A stretch of DNA of 63,873 bases, the filler included, from Licmophora abbreviata (Eukaryota): the NCBI GenBank assembly GCA_900291995.1. It is 13 parts of 13 records of this genome, joined end to end, with 100 filler letters (N's around TTAATTAATTAA, not from the genome) between each part and the next. Parts side by side here need not be neighbours in the genome. Positions count along the whole stretch, not along the records: positions 28,261 to 38,244 come from OLMU01003593.1; positions 38,345 to 46,021 come from OLMU01003594.1; positions 46,122 to 47,740 come from OLMU01003595.1; positions 47,841 to 54,024 come from OLMU01003596.1; 9 more parts are not named here. One strand, 5' to 3'. Shown here in pieces: positions 35,703-48,200 of this stretch. Position 1 is the stretch's first letter, and every line of letters begins with the position of its first letter. The notes beneath the pieces are model-generated. The model was not told the DNA's origin. It worked only from the letters and a program-made list of their open reading frames with translations, and did not search any database. The position numbers and the translations under genes are program-made.

Positions 35703-37867
35703 CTAGAAGGGTACATCTTTGTAGTCTTCAGGTTGGGGAATTGAAGCCTTTGGGCGCTTGTTGCTTCGTCGGGCGGGCCTTTTTTTGGCTTCGGGAGCCT
35801 TCGCCTGGGCTTGATCCCGCTGCTTCAAGCGATCCCCAAAACGTCGCTTGAGATCCCTGAATCCCATATTCTCGTACAAAGCGAGCATTCTGTCTCCGTC
35901 AATCGCTTCCATTTGCAAGTCGGCGACGCTGCCAACTTCTTCCGGAAATGTCATGTTGGCTATCGGAATATCGCGATCCAGCTCCACCAGTCGTCGCGAC
36001 AGTTTCGCCACGTCGACACTAGCTTGAAGCTTTTCTCGGCGACCCTTTTGTTTCACTTCATCGAGGCTCTCCAGCAAGTTATCAAGTGTGCCGAACTCGT
36101 CAAGAAGAGACGCGGCAATCTTAGGACCGATGCCCTTAACGCCGGGAACATTGTCGGAGCTGTCGCCAGCAAGAGCGAGCACATCACCGACCAATTTGGG
36201 CTCTACGCCCCACTTTTCCACGACCACATCATGCGTGACACGAGACATGCTGCCGGGATCAATCATGTGGATTGCCGGCGTTGCGTCCCTTTGAATTGAG
36301 GGTAAGACGTGAAAAAAGTATGAGCAAAGGGGTTTGCAAAATTATTATGTGTGCATAAGTTCTGTACTTACTCGGCTGTAACGAGTTGCATGAGATCCTT
36401 GTCCCCGGACAGAATATCAGTGTTGACTCCTTCTCGAAGTGCCATTGTTGCAAGCGTCGCAATAACATCATCCGCTTCGAAAGACGGTGCCTCCAGCTGA
36501 TGAATTCCGTAAGCTACGGCCACCTCGCGAATCAAATCAAACTGTGGGATAAGATCCATGGGGCACTCAGGTCGATTCGCCTTGTAGTCATCGTACATGT
36601 CGTGCCGAAAAGTCCTGCCTTTTGCGTCGAACACGAGGACAAGTCGTGGCCGCTCGCCCTGTAACAACCGATTTAGTACCAACCGATTCAGCATGTTACA
36701 GAAGCCTAACACTGCTCCGATAGGTGTACCATCAGCTCGGTGCATCGGCGGCATCGAGTAGTAGGCACGGAATATGTACGCCGACGCGTCCACGAGAAGG
36801 AGCGGGTCGTCCTCATACGGCAAATCACTATCCGCCGCCTTCTTGTCGTTCACTCTTGAAGGCGACGGCGCCGGCGAAATACTCTTGACGATTCGCCCCT
36901 TCGAAATGTCGTCTTCTTTCTTTTCTTCTCGTGCAATGGAACGCACGCACTGGCGAAACTGCAGTATGAGATCGGCCATGCGATTACCCGCCCCTCCCAT
37001 GGCCTCGAGTGCTTCCTTGTTTGTCGACTGACCTGCCGACCCATAGAGGATTTCTGAAACTTGTTTTGGACTTTTAATGTTGAACTCCTTCCCATTGTTT
37101 TGAGCGTAAATTTCTTGTTCCAGCTGCTTCATCTTGCTCTTGAGCATGTCCGTCGTGGAAGTGATGGCTTGACCAGACGCCGCCTTGTCGTAGACGCTCT
37201 GTCGGTCGGAGATGGAGACGGAGGCAGTACCATGAAAGGTCGATCTTGGGGGCATGGGAAGTTTTGGGGCGAACTGGGGCCTTGGTGGAGAAGGCATCAC
37301 CGTGCTACCAGAGTCGTCCCACTCGGCCGACTGTGCCGGAATGTATTCGCCGACCGAGATAGTAGGTGGAGCAGTGGGGGGAGCAGTGGAGCCACCATCA
37401 TCGTGCAAATGGGGCTGATAGTCGTACGCCCCAAAGTCGTCAACACCCCCCAAACCATTCTCATAGCCATGGCTGCTCTCGAAGGACTCCAAGGCGGGAG
37501 GCATGGGCCTTGCCCGAGGAGGCAATGCATCGTTGCGTACCGGCATGATCGACACTCGAGTAGGATCTTCATCGTCAGCCTGGGAATCCTTGGAAGGCCC
37601 GCTATTGACAGGAGCGCGATCGTCCGGAGATGACGGCTCCAAGATTGCATCCCACCCCGCGAACGGTTGGTGAGACTCGGCCTTGTCGTCGGGTTTGGGT
37701 GCATTGGACATGTGTCGAACTGTAGCTAGTACTGATTGCCGGGAAAATCGAGACGACGTCCTCGACGCGTAACCAGGAGGAGCAAATGCCAATTCGGACG
37801 ATAGCCTTCTGACCCTCATTGATTGCATTGAAAAACGTGAAACTGACGATACTGAAACAGCCCACAT
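35703..37867 (-). CDS. Stand-alone Pol I-type 5'-3' exonuclease (flap endonuclease), organelle-targeted, with upstream polymerase-thumb-like segment
   Basis: LLLVDASAYIFRAYY, VFDAKGRTFRHDMYDDYKANR, FEADDVIATLA, ILSGDKDLMQL, ALAGDSSDNVPGVKGIGPKIA; stop follows with no polymerase domain; intron about 36292-36369. Confidence 0.93.
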
Positions 37868-38344
37868 AATTGATGAGATCAGAGGTCGAGTCCACTTAGA
37901 AGAGCGTAGCTTCAGAATCTCGGTCAGCTCAGATTTCATCGCCGCAGGAGCAACGACGTCGACTTTTTTATCCGCTCTGACTTGGTCAAAACAACTTCAC
38001 AGCCAATGAATTCTGTTGTAGAGAAGCTGTCGGTACCCTAGACTACCATCAGAGAGCCGAGACGATAGAATCCCTTTGTGTCATTGTGTCGCGACGGTGC
38101 GCCATGGCGACAGAAAAGCATTCTAGCGTGCGAACAGTATAGCGCGGAGGCTCGCGCGAAGAACCTCGATTCACGATGAGGTCGAATGTACCGGGGGTAC
38201 AAAATGGAAAGGCCTATCATAGCAACTGTATCTTTCTGCCTTCGNNNNNNNNNNNNNNNNNNNNNNNNNNNNNNNNNNNNNNNNNNNNTTAATTAATTAA
38301 NNNNNNNNNNNNNNNNNNNNNNNNNNNNNNNNNNNNNNNNNNNN

Positions 38345-38861
38345 CTTCGTAGCCTCCAAGGCTAGTTCGATAAGAATCGGGGATGCTTCCGACTTGGCCA
38401 CAACAATATCATGAGCGACTGGCATGACAGGAATGGCAGGTGCAACTTCTCCAAGGCGGTCCCTTGGATACACCCACAAGTTTTCCGTCCTGAACTAGAG
38501 CTTTCGCGGATTCGACGGTATTGTATTCAAAGTCTTCAAATGCCGTCGACACCACGTACAAATCAAAGTCCCTGGACGATTCCAAATACAATTCATTGGC
38601 AAGCGGAAGAGCGTGTATATGACATCCCGGACAATTTGGCTGAATAAGCAAGCCTATTTGCAAGTCTCTCGTGAGATCAGCCGCGGATCCTGCAAGCCAT
38701 TCTAGAGCGTTCAGAGGCGGAAGAGTGATCATCTTTCGTGGCACAATTGAAGCACAACTCGAGGCTCGAGACGTCGATGCGACCAAAGCTCTCATGTCCC
38801 GTGGACCATTACCGTCAAATGACCGAGTCTCTTTAGGTGGGAAGCAAGATAATATGGTCAA
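38345..38861 (-). CDS. Thioredoxin-fold (TlpA/peroxiredoxin-like) protein fragment with probable frameshift
   Basis: LLIQPNCPGCHIHALP CxxC motif, STAFEDFEYN; continues as PVAHDIV in another frame after about 38462; 3' end in gap. Confidence 0.65.
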
Positions 38862-39155
38862 TCGAACACTAGAGAACCCATCATGTGATCGATATCAAAA
38901 CACTGCTCGAGCATCAATCTTGATGTCGCAGGCGCGGTGTGATGTCGCCTGGCGCGATGCTGACGTCACAACACACCATCACAATTGATTGAAAGCCGGA
39001 CCGCTTCGCACGTTCGAACATTTGGGACGAGGCAAACACTGTCAATGCGTAACTCGTACTATATCTCTTGTTAACTCCTCTCCGATGACTTCAGAGTCTC
39101 CTAGAAAACTACGCCCAAGCTTTGCCACAGTTCCGAGCAGCCAATTGGAAATAGC

Positions 39156-40214
39156 TTACGCACCGTCCTCGCTCGAAATCTGAAGCGTGCCTTCATAGAA
39201 AATGGGCTCCGGCGGCTTAATCCACAGAGGTTGCGGAGGCTTGGCTGTGGTCTCTCCCTTATCCGCGTCCTTCTTTCCGTGAGACTGCTGAAAGGCACTT
39301 CCTGTGCGCCAGTTGTCAAAGGCTTGGCGATCCCTCCAAATGGTAGTGCTCACATAGGACGGATCGCCGCTACTCATCGGCACCGTACCGTGGCCCTTCT
39401 GCGATGCATCCCGCCGCAACATGGTGAATGCCAAGAAACCGTCGCATTCCTTGAGCTTGGATTCACGTTGAGCCCAACGCTGTTCGAAAGCAATAGCGTT
39501 TTCGGGTGGGACAAAGAATTGGTTGCATGCGACAAAACATTCGGATGGAAGCGTGTTGATTCCATCAGCTTCGACCGACCGCCAACCATCGACAATCTCA
39601 GGGACGGTCTCAGGTTTAACACTTTGTAAGAGAATACTATCGTAAAAGGCAGGACGAGGCGCTCCACGCAGTACCAGGGCACTGTTCACCATGGTGGACA
39701 TGAATGCTCCGATCGACGTGCCTCCGTGAGCTTCCTTGAAGGCTTCCCCCGTGCGCCACGCTGAAAAGTCACTCTTTCGCTCCCAAATCGTAAACGACAC
39801 ATAATTTCCAGCCATTGTGTCGTCTGAATCACCTTCCATGTATGTGCAGGTCCCATCTTCATTGAGCGTCACTCTGCGCATGAGGTGAAAGTACCTGAAT
39901 CCGTCCAATTCACTGAGTCTACTCTTGCGAGTCGCCCAGCGCTTTTCAAATTTGGCCGCCTTGCCCGCTCTTACAGCAAATCGATTCGTCGCAATGTATC
40001 GATCCCGTTTGATCAATCCCTTGCTAGTCACTGCGTCGGTACTATCTGCTGGGGCAGTCGTGGACATGCAGAGCGGGTTGGCGGTGGTGACCGATGGACG
40101 ACTCCTCAGCACTAGACGGGTGGCATGACTGGATTGAGTGAATCCTTGCACGCTTGCCACCAGAGCCACCACCACTACCGCACTGCAGACCAGGGCACAC
40201 AACGAGAACATCAT
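39156..40214 (-). CDS. Tandem ABM-domain (IsdG/HmoA-like) monooxygenase, plastid-type presequence
   Basis: Two repeats: YIATNRFAV...FEKRW...GFRYF...TIW...FSAWR...FKEAH and FVACNQFFV...FEQRW...GFLAF...TIW...FDNWR...FQQSH; signal ends VQG-FTQS. Confidence 0.85.
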   Translation of the reverse strand: MMFSLCALVCSAVVVVALVASVQGFTQSSHATRLVLRSRPSVTTANPLCMSTTAPADSTDAVTSKGLIKRDRYIATNRFAVRAGKAAKFEKRWATRKSRLSELDGFRYFHLMRRVTLNEDGTCTYMEGDSDDTMAGNYVSFTIWERKSDFSAWRTGEAFKEAHGGTSIGAFMSTMVNSALVLRGAPRPAFYDSILLQSVKPETVPEIVDGWRSVEADGINTLPSECFVACNQFFVPPENAIAFEQRWAQRESKLKECDGFLAFTMLRRDASQKGHGTVPMSSGDPSYVSTTIWRDRQAFDNWRTGSAFQQSHGKKDADKGETTAKPPQPLWIKPPEPIFYEGTLQISSEDGA

Positions 40215-40558
40215 GGTCGTCGATAGAAACAATGGGTCAATCGACAGCCACCGCCTTCTGTCGCGCTGACTGTGACGACGTGTGATCGCGGCGCGCGATG
40301 AGTTTTGGAGCGCAAAATCTTTGTCGTATCTTCCCAATCGTCCACAGATGTATCCCTGCTCGACACATTCCTCATTCCGTATCTCTGATGACTCCGGGTT
40401 TTTGATTCCCGCAAACTTCATTCCCCCTGTCACGAATGGACGAGCCAGCCGCGCCATTTTCAGTCTTTTGTAAAAAACCCAATCTTGTGTGTGTTGTATG
40501 GTCCGCATCACTTCTCTTGCATATGGACTAGTCGTAGACGCTGTTGTCGATCTTCATA

Positions 40559-41497
40559 ATGGAAACACTCGCCAATATCGCGTTGGCAGCCTCCAAGCTG
40601 GAAGCGGTTGAGCGTGTACCAATATCCAAGACTTCGATGGGCGAAGATCGTCTCGATACAGGCAAGGAAGAGTCACCTGGTTTACAATCACGAGTCGTGC
40701 CGCCGCCACCAGCGAAGCATCCCTTCTCGGCTCGGCGTGTCGTCTCTATAGATTCTACCTCGTCCTTCCAACTCCAACCACCTTCTTCTGTGATGTCTGC
40801 GGACGATGCTGTCGTCGAGTACGAACCCAAGTCCGAGTTGGACCCTCCACCACCATCTCCGTCTCCTAACGACATCATTTCGTACGTACTAGACGACGAC
40901 GTCTTGTGCGGACGTGGGGGAGAGACCAACCACCACATGGGAAATATTCGCTACCGTTCTCTTGTAAAGCAGTTTCAACGAGGCTATCTTAAGGCCAAGC
41001 GTCGAGACAAGCCCAAGATTGCTCGCATGATTGTCGACACGGTGAGGCGCCGAGGTGGTCGCTTCCTGAAGAAGGATCCTTCCTTCAGTGCAGCGTGGAA
41101 GGATGTAGGGAACGTCAAGGCGCGTGAGAAGACTAGTCAGGCTCTACGTGAAGGGGCACCGGAACTCCGCAATGAAGAAACTACGTCGTCGGAGGAAGAC
41201 TTCTACTTGAGTGCTATCAACGCGACTGCCCCTCACGTGGTGGAGCTCACGCCCCCAACAACCATCGAATCCAAGAAACGCAAGTTTCATGCTGCCTCCA
41301 AAAGCTTGTCGCTCATGGAGGCAACAATGGTGTCGCCCACACCATCTAACACGTCGCTAGAAACAACAATGGGGTTCGTAGGAGCGACCGTGTCGGCTGA
41401 CGACGCCGACGACTCGGCAGGGGAAAACGAGCTGAAGAAGAGCTTTCGTGGTCCGCGTCTCGCTATTCTGAAGAAGCGCTTGAGCATGTCTGGCTAA
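40559..41497 (+). CDS. DUF6824-domain protein (diatom-expanded putative regulator)
   Basis: DVLCGRGGETNHHMGNIRYRSLV...GGRFLKK...W...KAREKTSQALRE. Confidence 0.88.
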   Translation: METLANIALAASKLEAVERVPISKTSMGEDRLDTGKEESPGLQSRVVPPPPAKHPFSARRVVSIDSTSSFQLQPPSSVMSADDAVVEYEPKSELDPPPPSPSPNDIISYVLDDDVLCGRGGETNHHMGNIRYRSLVKQFQRGYLKAKRRDKPKIARMIVDTVRRRGGRFLKKDPSFSAAWKDVGNVKAREKTSQALREGAPELRNEETTSSEEDFYLSAINATAPHVVELTPPTTIESKKRKFHAASKSLSLMEATMVSPTPSNTSLETTMGFVGATVSADDADDSAGENELKKSFRGPRLAILKKRLSMSG

Positions 41498-41710
41498 GGC
41501 AGTTAACAGATTAACATGTGTATTACATGGACATAGACCTCCTAGAGAGACTTTTCCCTCCCTAGCCACGAAATTGATGTTCCGCAATCCCGTCAAAAAA
41601 GCTGTGTTGGTTTCGTCCATAAGTAAAGTTTTTGGTGTTCGTGTAAATGATATACGGGCAAGTATACAATTTGTCGTTGGTATTTCCGTTCGAGGAGCGC
41701 GCCATTTTTG

Positions 41711-44091
41711 CTATTGAGAAGGAAAGCAGACCGAGCAACAGTCGCAGGCCAATTCTGGTGGATCACCGCCACAATCTGCCGACAGTACCCGTAGAGGAAA
41801 CGTTCGGAGATCGCAAATACCTTCCGGCATAGTTCCTTCCAGCTGAGTCTGGCTCAGGTGTAAGACCTCTGTACCAGTAATCGAGACAAGTTAGATGAAG
41901 TGTACACATCTCAGTTATAAGTGACCACAATCTCATTGACTTACCGAGATTCGTCAGCAACCCCAAGCGAGATGGCACGATGCCGATGAACTCATTTCTC
42001 CATAGGACGAGCTGTTCCAAATTTGGTAGCTCCGCAAACCGCCTCGAAATGTTCCCCCTGATTGTATTGTTCCCCAAATTTAGTAACGTCAGTGAAGTTC
42101 CAGAGTCGAAAAGTTCTTCAGGAATTCTCCCAGTCAGAAGGTTGCTGGAGACATCAAACACTGTCAAAGTGTCCATGAACAGAGACCCCGACAAGCTCCC
42201 CGTTAGGGCATTGTTGTCGGCCGTGAAAGATTGCAACAGTGACAAAGCACCTAGTTCGGTTGGAATCGAACCCGATAATGCATTGTTGCCCACGTCAATG
42301 TTGATTAGCTTGGGGGACTTTTCACTCAAGGTCGGCGGCATCTCCCCAAATATGGCATTGTCCCCAAGATCCAGGTGCTGCAGTGAGCGAACGAAAATTT
42401 CCTGAGGAATGGTTCCGTCGAGTAGATTGTTACCCAGATGCAAGTACCAAATAGAAGAAAGCGATCCGAGTTGATCTGGAATTGTACCTGATATCTGGTT
42501 GCGATTCAGGAGCATCACCCGCAAGTACTGCAACCTTCCCAGATTGGTTGGTATGGTCGACGACAAAGTATTTCGACTTAAAATCAAAGACTCTAGTCGA
42601 GAAATCTCACCAATCTCCCGTGGTAGCTCTCCCTGTAGCCCGTTCTCTCCTGCGTCCAGATGAAACCGAGGCGTTAGGACAGGGGAGCAAAACAGGCTTG
42701 ACAAGCGATCAAGATAACTCACTCAAATTAACTGTCGTCACAACACCTTCGTTGCACGAAACTCCCAACCATTGGCATTCCGTGGTCCCTCCCAAGAATC
42801 TGCGACTGTCCACATCGCACCGTGTTCCATCTCCAGGTTGTCCGCATCTTAGCCATGTGTTGTCACCATTCGTCGAGTAGTACAGGACAGCTAGTATGTA
42901 CCGCTGCTCGATAGCTGGGCTGTCGGAAGCTAGAAGCTGTTGTGGATCGCCAAACAGAATCCATTGATAAGCCGCAAACTGTGGAGTGGACTTATCCAGG
43001 AGCTTCAAGACGCCCGAGATTTCAACGCACAAAGCCATAATGTCCTCTTGCCGCTGATCGCCACCACCTGAGGAAGATGGAATCGGTGTGAAACTTACCG
43101 GCGTCGATGTTGGTCCAAGAGGAGATGGTGTCACGGCGAAAGGCCTCGCTGTTGGCAACGATGAAACGATTGGCATAGTCGTGGGTGAAGGTGGGGATAT
43201 CGGCGGCGTCCCGGTGGGAGGGCGGGTACGAAACGATGGCTCGCGGGTTGGCGACGGTGTCACATTGTTTGTCGGTGCCGGTGAGACTGTCGGGGCCACC
43301 TCCTCGCCACCATCACTATTCCTCCGCACCAGCACAATTGCAACACTGGCCGCAATCAGACCGATAGCCACCAGCCATCCAAAAGCAAACAAAAGTCTGC
43401 GTCTCCTTCGACGCCTCAAGCCTCTCGTCTTGTCTTCAAAGTTTCGAGCATCTTGATCCTCTGGTACAACGCCAAGCTCTAGGCTCATGGAAGCCTGAGA
43501 CTGGTTGAGATGAGGATCGCTATCAAGGTCATCTTGCTGTAGGTCATGTTGCGAATCACTGTGCATACTCAGACTCATGCTGCCCCATCGCGACGATATC
43601 CCGCCGTTCCCACGAGACGAAGCAGCCAGCGCGGCAGCGGCCGCCTGCACCAAGGGCGACGCCAGTAACGCCGCTCGGCTGCGGGGACCATCTTCAATAT
43701 CCTCGTCGCGTCTTGCATCCTCTTCAATCTCTTGTAATAAGCGCCGCTCTTCGGATGTGACCGATTCGTTAAAATCAATTGACATGTCCTCGTCAAATTC
43801 TTGTGATTTCGCCATCGCTCGCTGTGTGATGGTCGATGAGAACCTCACCGCGTTGACCGCCGATGCCCTCGCATCTCCTCCAAAGGACTCTTGCGATGGA
43901 TCGGATGAGTTCGATGCAGTGTTTTCTTCTTCCAATTGTCTAGAAGTCGTCACATAGTCATCGTCGCCGTCCCACGACTGCGCTTTCGTTGTCGGAGCTG
44001 CGTCTTTCGGTTCTTCTGGGTAGAATGAAGAGACGATTGTCGACTCTTCCTCACTCCTATCGTTTCTGAGTATACCGTCGTCGTATTGCAT
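41711..44091 (-). CDS. Type-II membrane leucine-rich-repeat protein (diatom receptor-like family), two introns
   Basis: Acidic N-tail, RRRRRRRLLFAFGWLVAIGLIAASVAIVLV TM, P/T linker, QRYILAVLYYSTNG, ECQWLGVSC, about 10 NxLxGxIP repeats, C-terminal CDCCSVC. Confidence 0.9.
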
Positions 44092-44484
44092 GATCAACGA
44101 AGCAAGATGATGCGTTTTCGTAGCATACCAACAAAAAATGTGACGGCACACGGTGATTGAAGCGAATGAATGACTTCACAAAAGCGTTGGGACGATATTG
44201 ACCGTATCCCGAAAGTATCAAACAGGCCCATCGAATTGCCCAACGCATCGAATTCATATAGTAATTTTCGTATATATATATACTATATTGGGAGTCGTAG
44301 GAGGGCCAGACCGTATTGTCCGCGCGCAGCACGACAAAATCGCGCACACAGCCACTCAAAAGAGGATGCGGACAGAAAACACACAACCACATCACAACCA
44401 TGGCGGTGTATTGTCGATCAGTCATCACTGTGTGTCCAATCCCGTAAAAACGACGGCGCAAGCTGTTGCGAGGCTCACCGTATC

Positions 44485-45189
44485 ATGGAAAGTCTCAGTG
44501 ATGAACGACCACCCCAGATTCTACAAGGCGAAGGAGCAGGCCTCGGCAAGCTGCGCGGACTGGACGCATCAGCCTTGGACGCAGCATTCCCCGAGGTGCG
44601 AGTAGCAGAGGACGAACGGGTGTTTCCAGAAGCAAGAGGAATGATCGTGACTGCCAGCTGGAAGATTGACGAGGATCAGTCGCTGCCGCAGGACTTTCAG
44701 GATGCCGCTGGCCACGCCATTGTCACTTCGGAGCGTCTGCTGTTCGTGTCAGAGTCGGATCTAAATAAAGATGTCGCAGTGGATGCGGCTTGCATTTCGC
44801 TGCATGCCATGTCTGATGAGCCAGTTTCAGTCTATGTACAGATACAGGATGTACAAGCGGAAGAGATGTGTCCCATTGAACTTGTCATGGCCCTATCAGA
44901 CAAGACTGACTGCGAGAAGCTATTTGAGGCACTGTCGAAACTCGTCACGATGCATCCAATCGAGGTGGACGACGATGAAGATGGGGACGATGGAGGGAAT
45001 GGCCTTGGGGGCATGATGGTAGCGCCAGAGATCGACGATGGGGCAACTGAAGAGGAGCGGGAAGCCATGCTGCAGCGGCTCGATAATATGCTGGTTGTAC
45101 CTCCTCAATATGAAATGCGTGCGGGGCAGTTTGATGATCCGGACGAGGAAGACCCAGAAGGGGGAGACGAAGGTGACGACATACTGTAG
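44485..45189 (+). CDS. pICln / methylosome subunit (CLNS1A, Voldacs domain)-like
   Basis: GHAIVTSERLLFVS, ISLHAM, VYVQI, LFEALSKLVTMHP, AMLQRLDNML, GQFDD acidic tail. Confidence 0.8.
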   Translation: MESLSDERPPQILQGEGAGLGKLRGLDASALDAAFPEVRVAEDERVFPEARGMIVTASWKIDEDQSLPQDFQDAAGHAIVTSERLLFVSESDLNKDVAVDAACISLHAMSDEPVSVYVQIQDVQAEEMCPIELVMALSDKTDCEKLFEALSKLVTMHPIEVDDDEDGDDGGNGLGGMMVAPEIDDGATEEEREAMLQRLDNMLVVPPQYEMRAGQFDDPDEEDPEGGDEGDDIL

Positions 45190-45218
45190 CACCACTAACG
45201 TTCGCTACTAGTCTTATC

Positions 45219-48200
45219 CTAATTCATGCCCTTGTTTGCCAGTCTGAAGCCGGCTTTTGACAGTCGTTCAATGACCAGTGTTTCGGCTTCCCGGGAATCT
45301 GATTTTCCGCCAGAGATTGGGATGGCCGTGGCTTGGAGTCGGGACCATGGCCCGCCCTTGGCTCGGTGCTCGCGGACGCGTCGTTCCAACGAATCAGTTT
45401 CTCCCACATAGAAGAGCGGTGATTCGGAGTCAATCTTCAAAATGTATAAACAAGATTGACCCTCCAAGGAAGGTGGCGAGTGGAACGTCGGTGGAATGTG
45501 ATGAACTGGTGCACTCCACCCTGTGACCTCCTGCGCGATCTCAACTGCTCGAGCGAGAGTGGCCCTATGTGCGACACTGGGTTCAGCTGCAACCTCCGTG
45601 GAGATGCTAGGTAGCATCCCATCGGCATTGAGTGACTCCGAAAGATCAGCAGCACGACTTATAATGTCATTTGGAAGACCAAATCGCGCAGCCGTGACCA
45701 AGGCAAGGCTGTTTCGGCAAACACCGTCTTCGAGTTGATATGTCCACTGAAAATCGGCTTCTGTGGCCATGCGTTTCCTCTTGATCCGGTCGGCTCCTTT
45801 CAGTGGAAGATCAAGAACACCATGGAGGTGGGTAGCAAACACGCCGCACATGCCAGCTGTACTCATAGCTTCCAACAGAGCTCCCGCAAGAGAGGTGCCA
45901 TCCTTGGGCGACGTGCCGCGACCTAGTTCGTCCACGAAGACGAGAGATTGTGACCCGCAAGATCGAAGAAGTGATGCAATGTCGCCCATTTCAGCCCCAA
46001 ACGCCGATTTCTCTTCAGTAGNNNNNNNNNNNNNNNNNNNNNNNNNNNNNNNNNNNNNNNNNNNNTTAATTAATTAANNNNNNNNNNNNNNNNNNNNNNN
46101 NNNNNNNNNNNNNNNNNNNNNCTCGAACGAAGATGTTGTCGAAACGACGAACGACAGAGCCGGGACCGAGTGGCGCACAAAGCCCGCAGTTGGAGAGCAA
46201 CGCTGCTGCCGCCGTTGATCTCATTAACGTAGATTTGCCTGACATATTCGGAGCTGTCAATAGAAATAGTCCATCAATGTCAAACGTATTGCTGACAGCT
46301 GCATTTCGCTTCATCCAATACGGCCAAACGCGGTTGAAGCTGCCTGCGTCCGCCCGATCGTCCTCGACTCTTGCCATGTGCCATCCGAGCTGATTCGCAT
46401 TGGCAGCATGGTGGAATGCCGTCGATAGAATCAGATTCGCATGAGCAGCTTGGACAATCGCTGGAAGGTGCCCTTTTTCGCAAAGACTCTTTCCAAGCCT
46501 GAACAAGGCGTCGGTCACGTCCATGCAAGCTCTATCACATGCCGCGACGTAGTCTGCGAGAGCACTTTGCACGTTGTCCGTGGTATAACGGTTATGAAGA
46601 ATCTTGCCGTTACGATCCCTGGGATGGCGGTAGCTTGTGTCCGGATCGTCGGCCCATGCAGGCTTCTCTTTTATTGCGATAATGTTGTTGAAGATGTCTT
46701 GCACAATTGGGCTCTTCTTATCGGTCGATTGAGATATGCACCTTGAAATGTTCATGCCCTGCTCCATACCCCAGAAATCTTCGGCAACGGCCTGCGCTAG
46801 ACGTCCAGAAGAGATACGAACCGCCTCGTATGCCTCTGGAGCGGCAGTAGACCGGACTCGACCGCGCCAGTGAAGTTCGTTTCTCTCCAAAAAAGCGTAA
46901 GGAACTAGATCGCCAAAGTCGCTGATGCGGTCGTCTGCAACGCCACTTTCGTTGTTCGCCATCCGACTGGCGTGATGCAATGGACTGACGATAGTTTCGA
47001 TCACTCCCGCTGCCTCCAAGCACCGACGTCGCAGAGAGTCGGAATCTGACGCGATTCCACTCTGATGCTGCAAAATTTTCATCAAGGCCGGGACCAGTTT
47101 GCTCTCGTCGTCGGTTGTGGCCATATATTCTTCGATGACAAACACAGTGGAGGAGATGGCAGCTAACAAGGTTCCATAGACCTGTGCGCTCGCCTGACCA
47201 GCATGAAGAAGCGAATTGATCTTTCCGACGGGCGGGACAGTCATCGCCGGCATGGGTATCCCGTTGTCCTTGAGAGTTGACACCAAGCAAGACATCGCAG
47301 TCGCAACCGATGACGGCGGCGGAATCAGCAACCACTGACGGAGAAATCGACGCGTAGCCGCGGGTGCCGAAGGTAGCAAAAGATAGGATACCAGGTCGGG
47401 GATGGCCTTGTCACGCATAAGTCCCAGCTGTGTAGCAGTTTCCGCGTATAGCGGATTCAGTCCGTTGTCTCTTATCGATGACACGGCGGCGAAATCCTCG
47501 ACGCTTAAGGGAGTGTCGGAGTCTTCAGTATGCCCAATAACGTCCGCAAGAGAGCTCACAATGATGTTTCGGGCGCGTTCAACTTCCGAAACGCCATGCC
47601 TTGGTGCTTCCACCGTTGACGGAGACAATGTTTGTGTTCTGAGACGAGAGCCGGGCCCCTCTCTCGAAGCATCAGATCGCGATGGTAGAAATGGCAATCG
47701 GACCGACTCTCTCTCAACGTCAGATTGCAAAGGGACATAGNNNNNNNNNNNNNNNNNNNNNNNNNNNNNNNNNNNNNNNNNNNNTTAATTAATTAANNNN
47801 NNNNNNNNNNNNNNNNNNNNNNNNNNNNNNNNNNNNNNNNCTGGTGGATAGGCCGTGAGTCGGCATGCAACGGCTTCGGCAGTGAGTTTTTCCGACACTC
47901 GAGCCGTTCGTTCCTCCACGGATACTTCGACGAGGGTGTACCCAGCAGTGGTTGATATGACTCCCATGTAGGGCCGTGCGGCGGGAGCTGTACCAAGGAC
48001 ATCGGCATTCTCTAGCTGTAGGTTGTACATGTACGTCGGCGTCGCCGAAGAAACGGTTTGCGCCCACATACGCGTTTTTAAGCGAGACTTTGCTCCTGCA
48101 GACGCACCTGCGCCCAGCGACGAGTCCGTGTCTACAGTCTCTTCGTAGACCTCGACACGAAAGCCTTTTTCAGTGAGACAATCTAGGGTTGCCTGTACAT

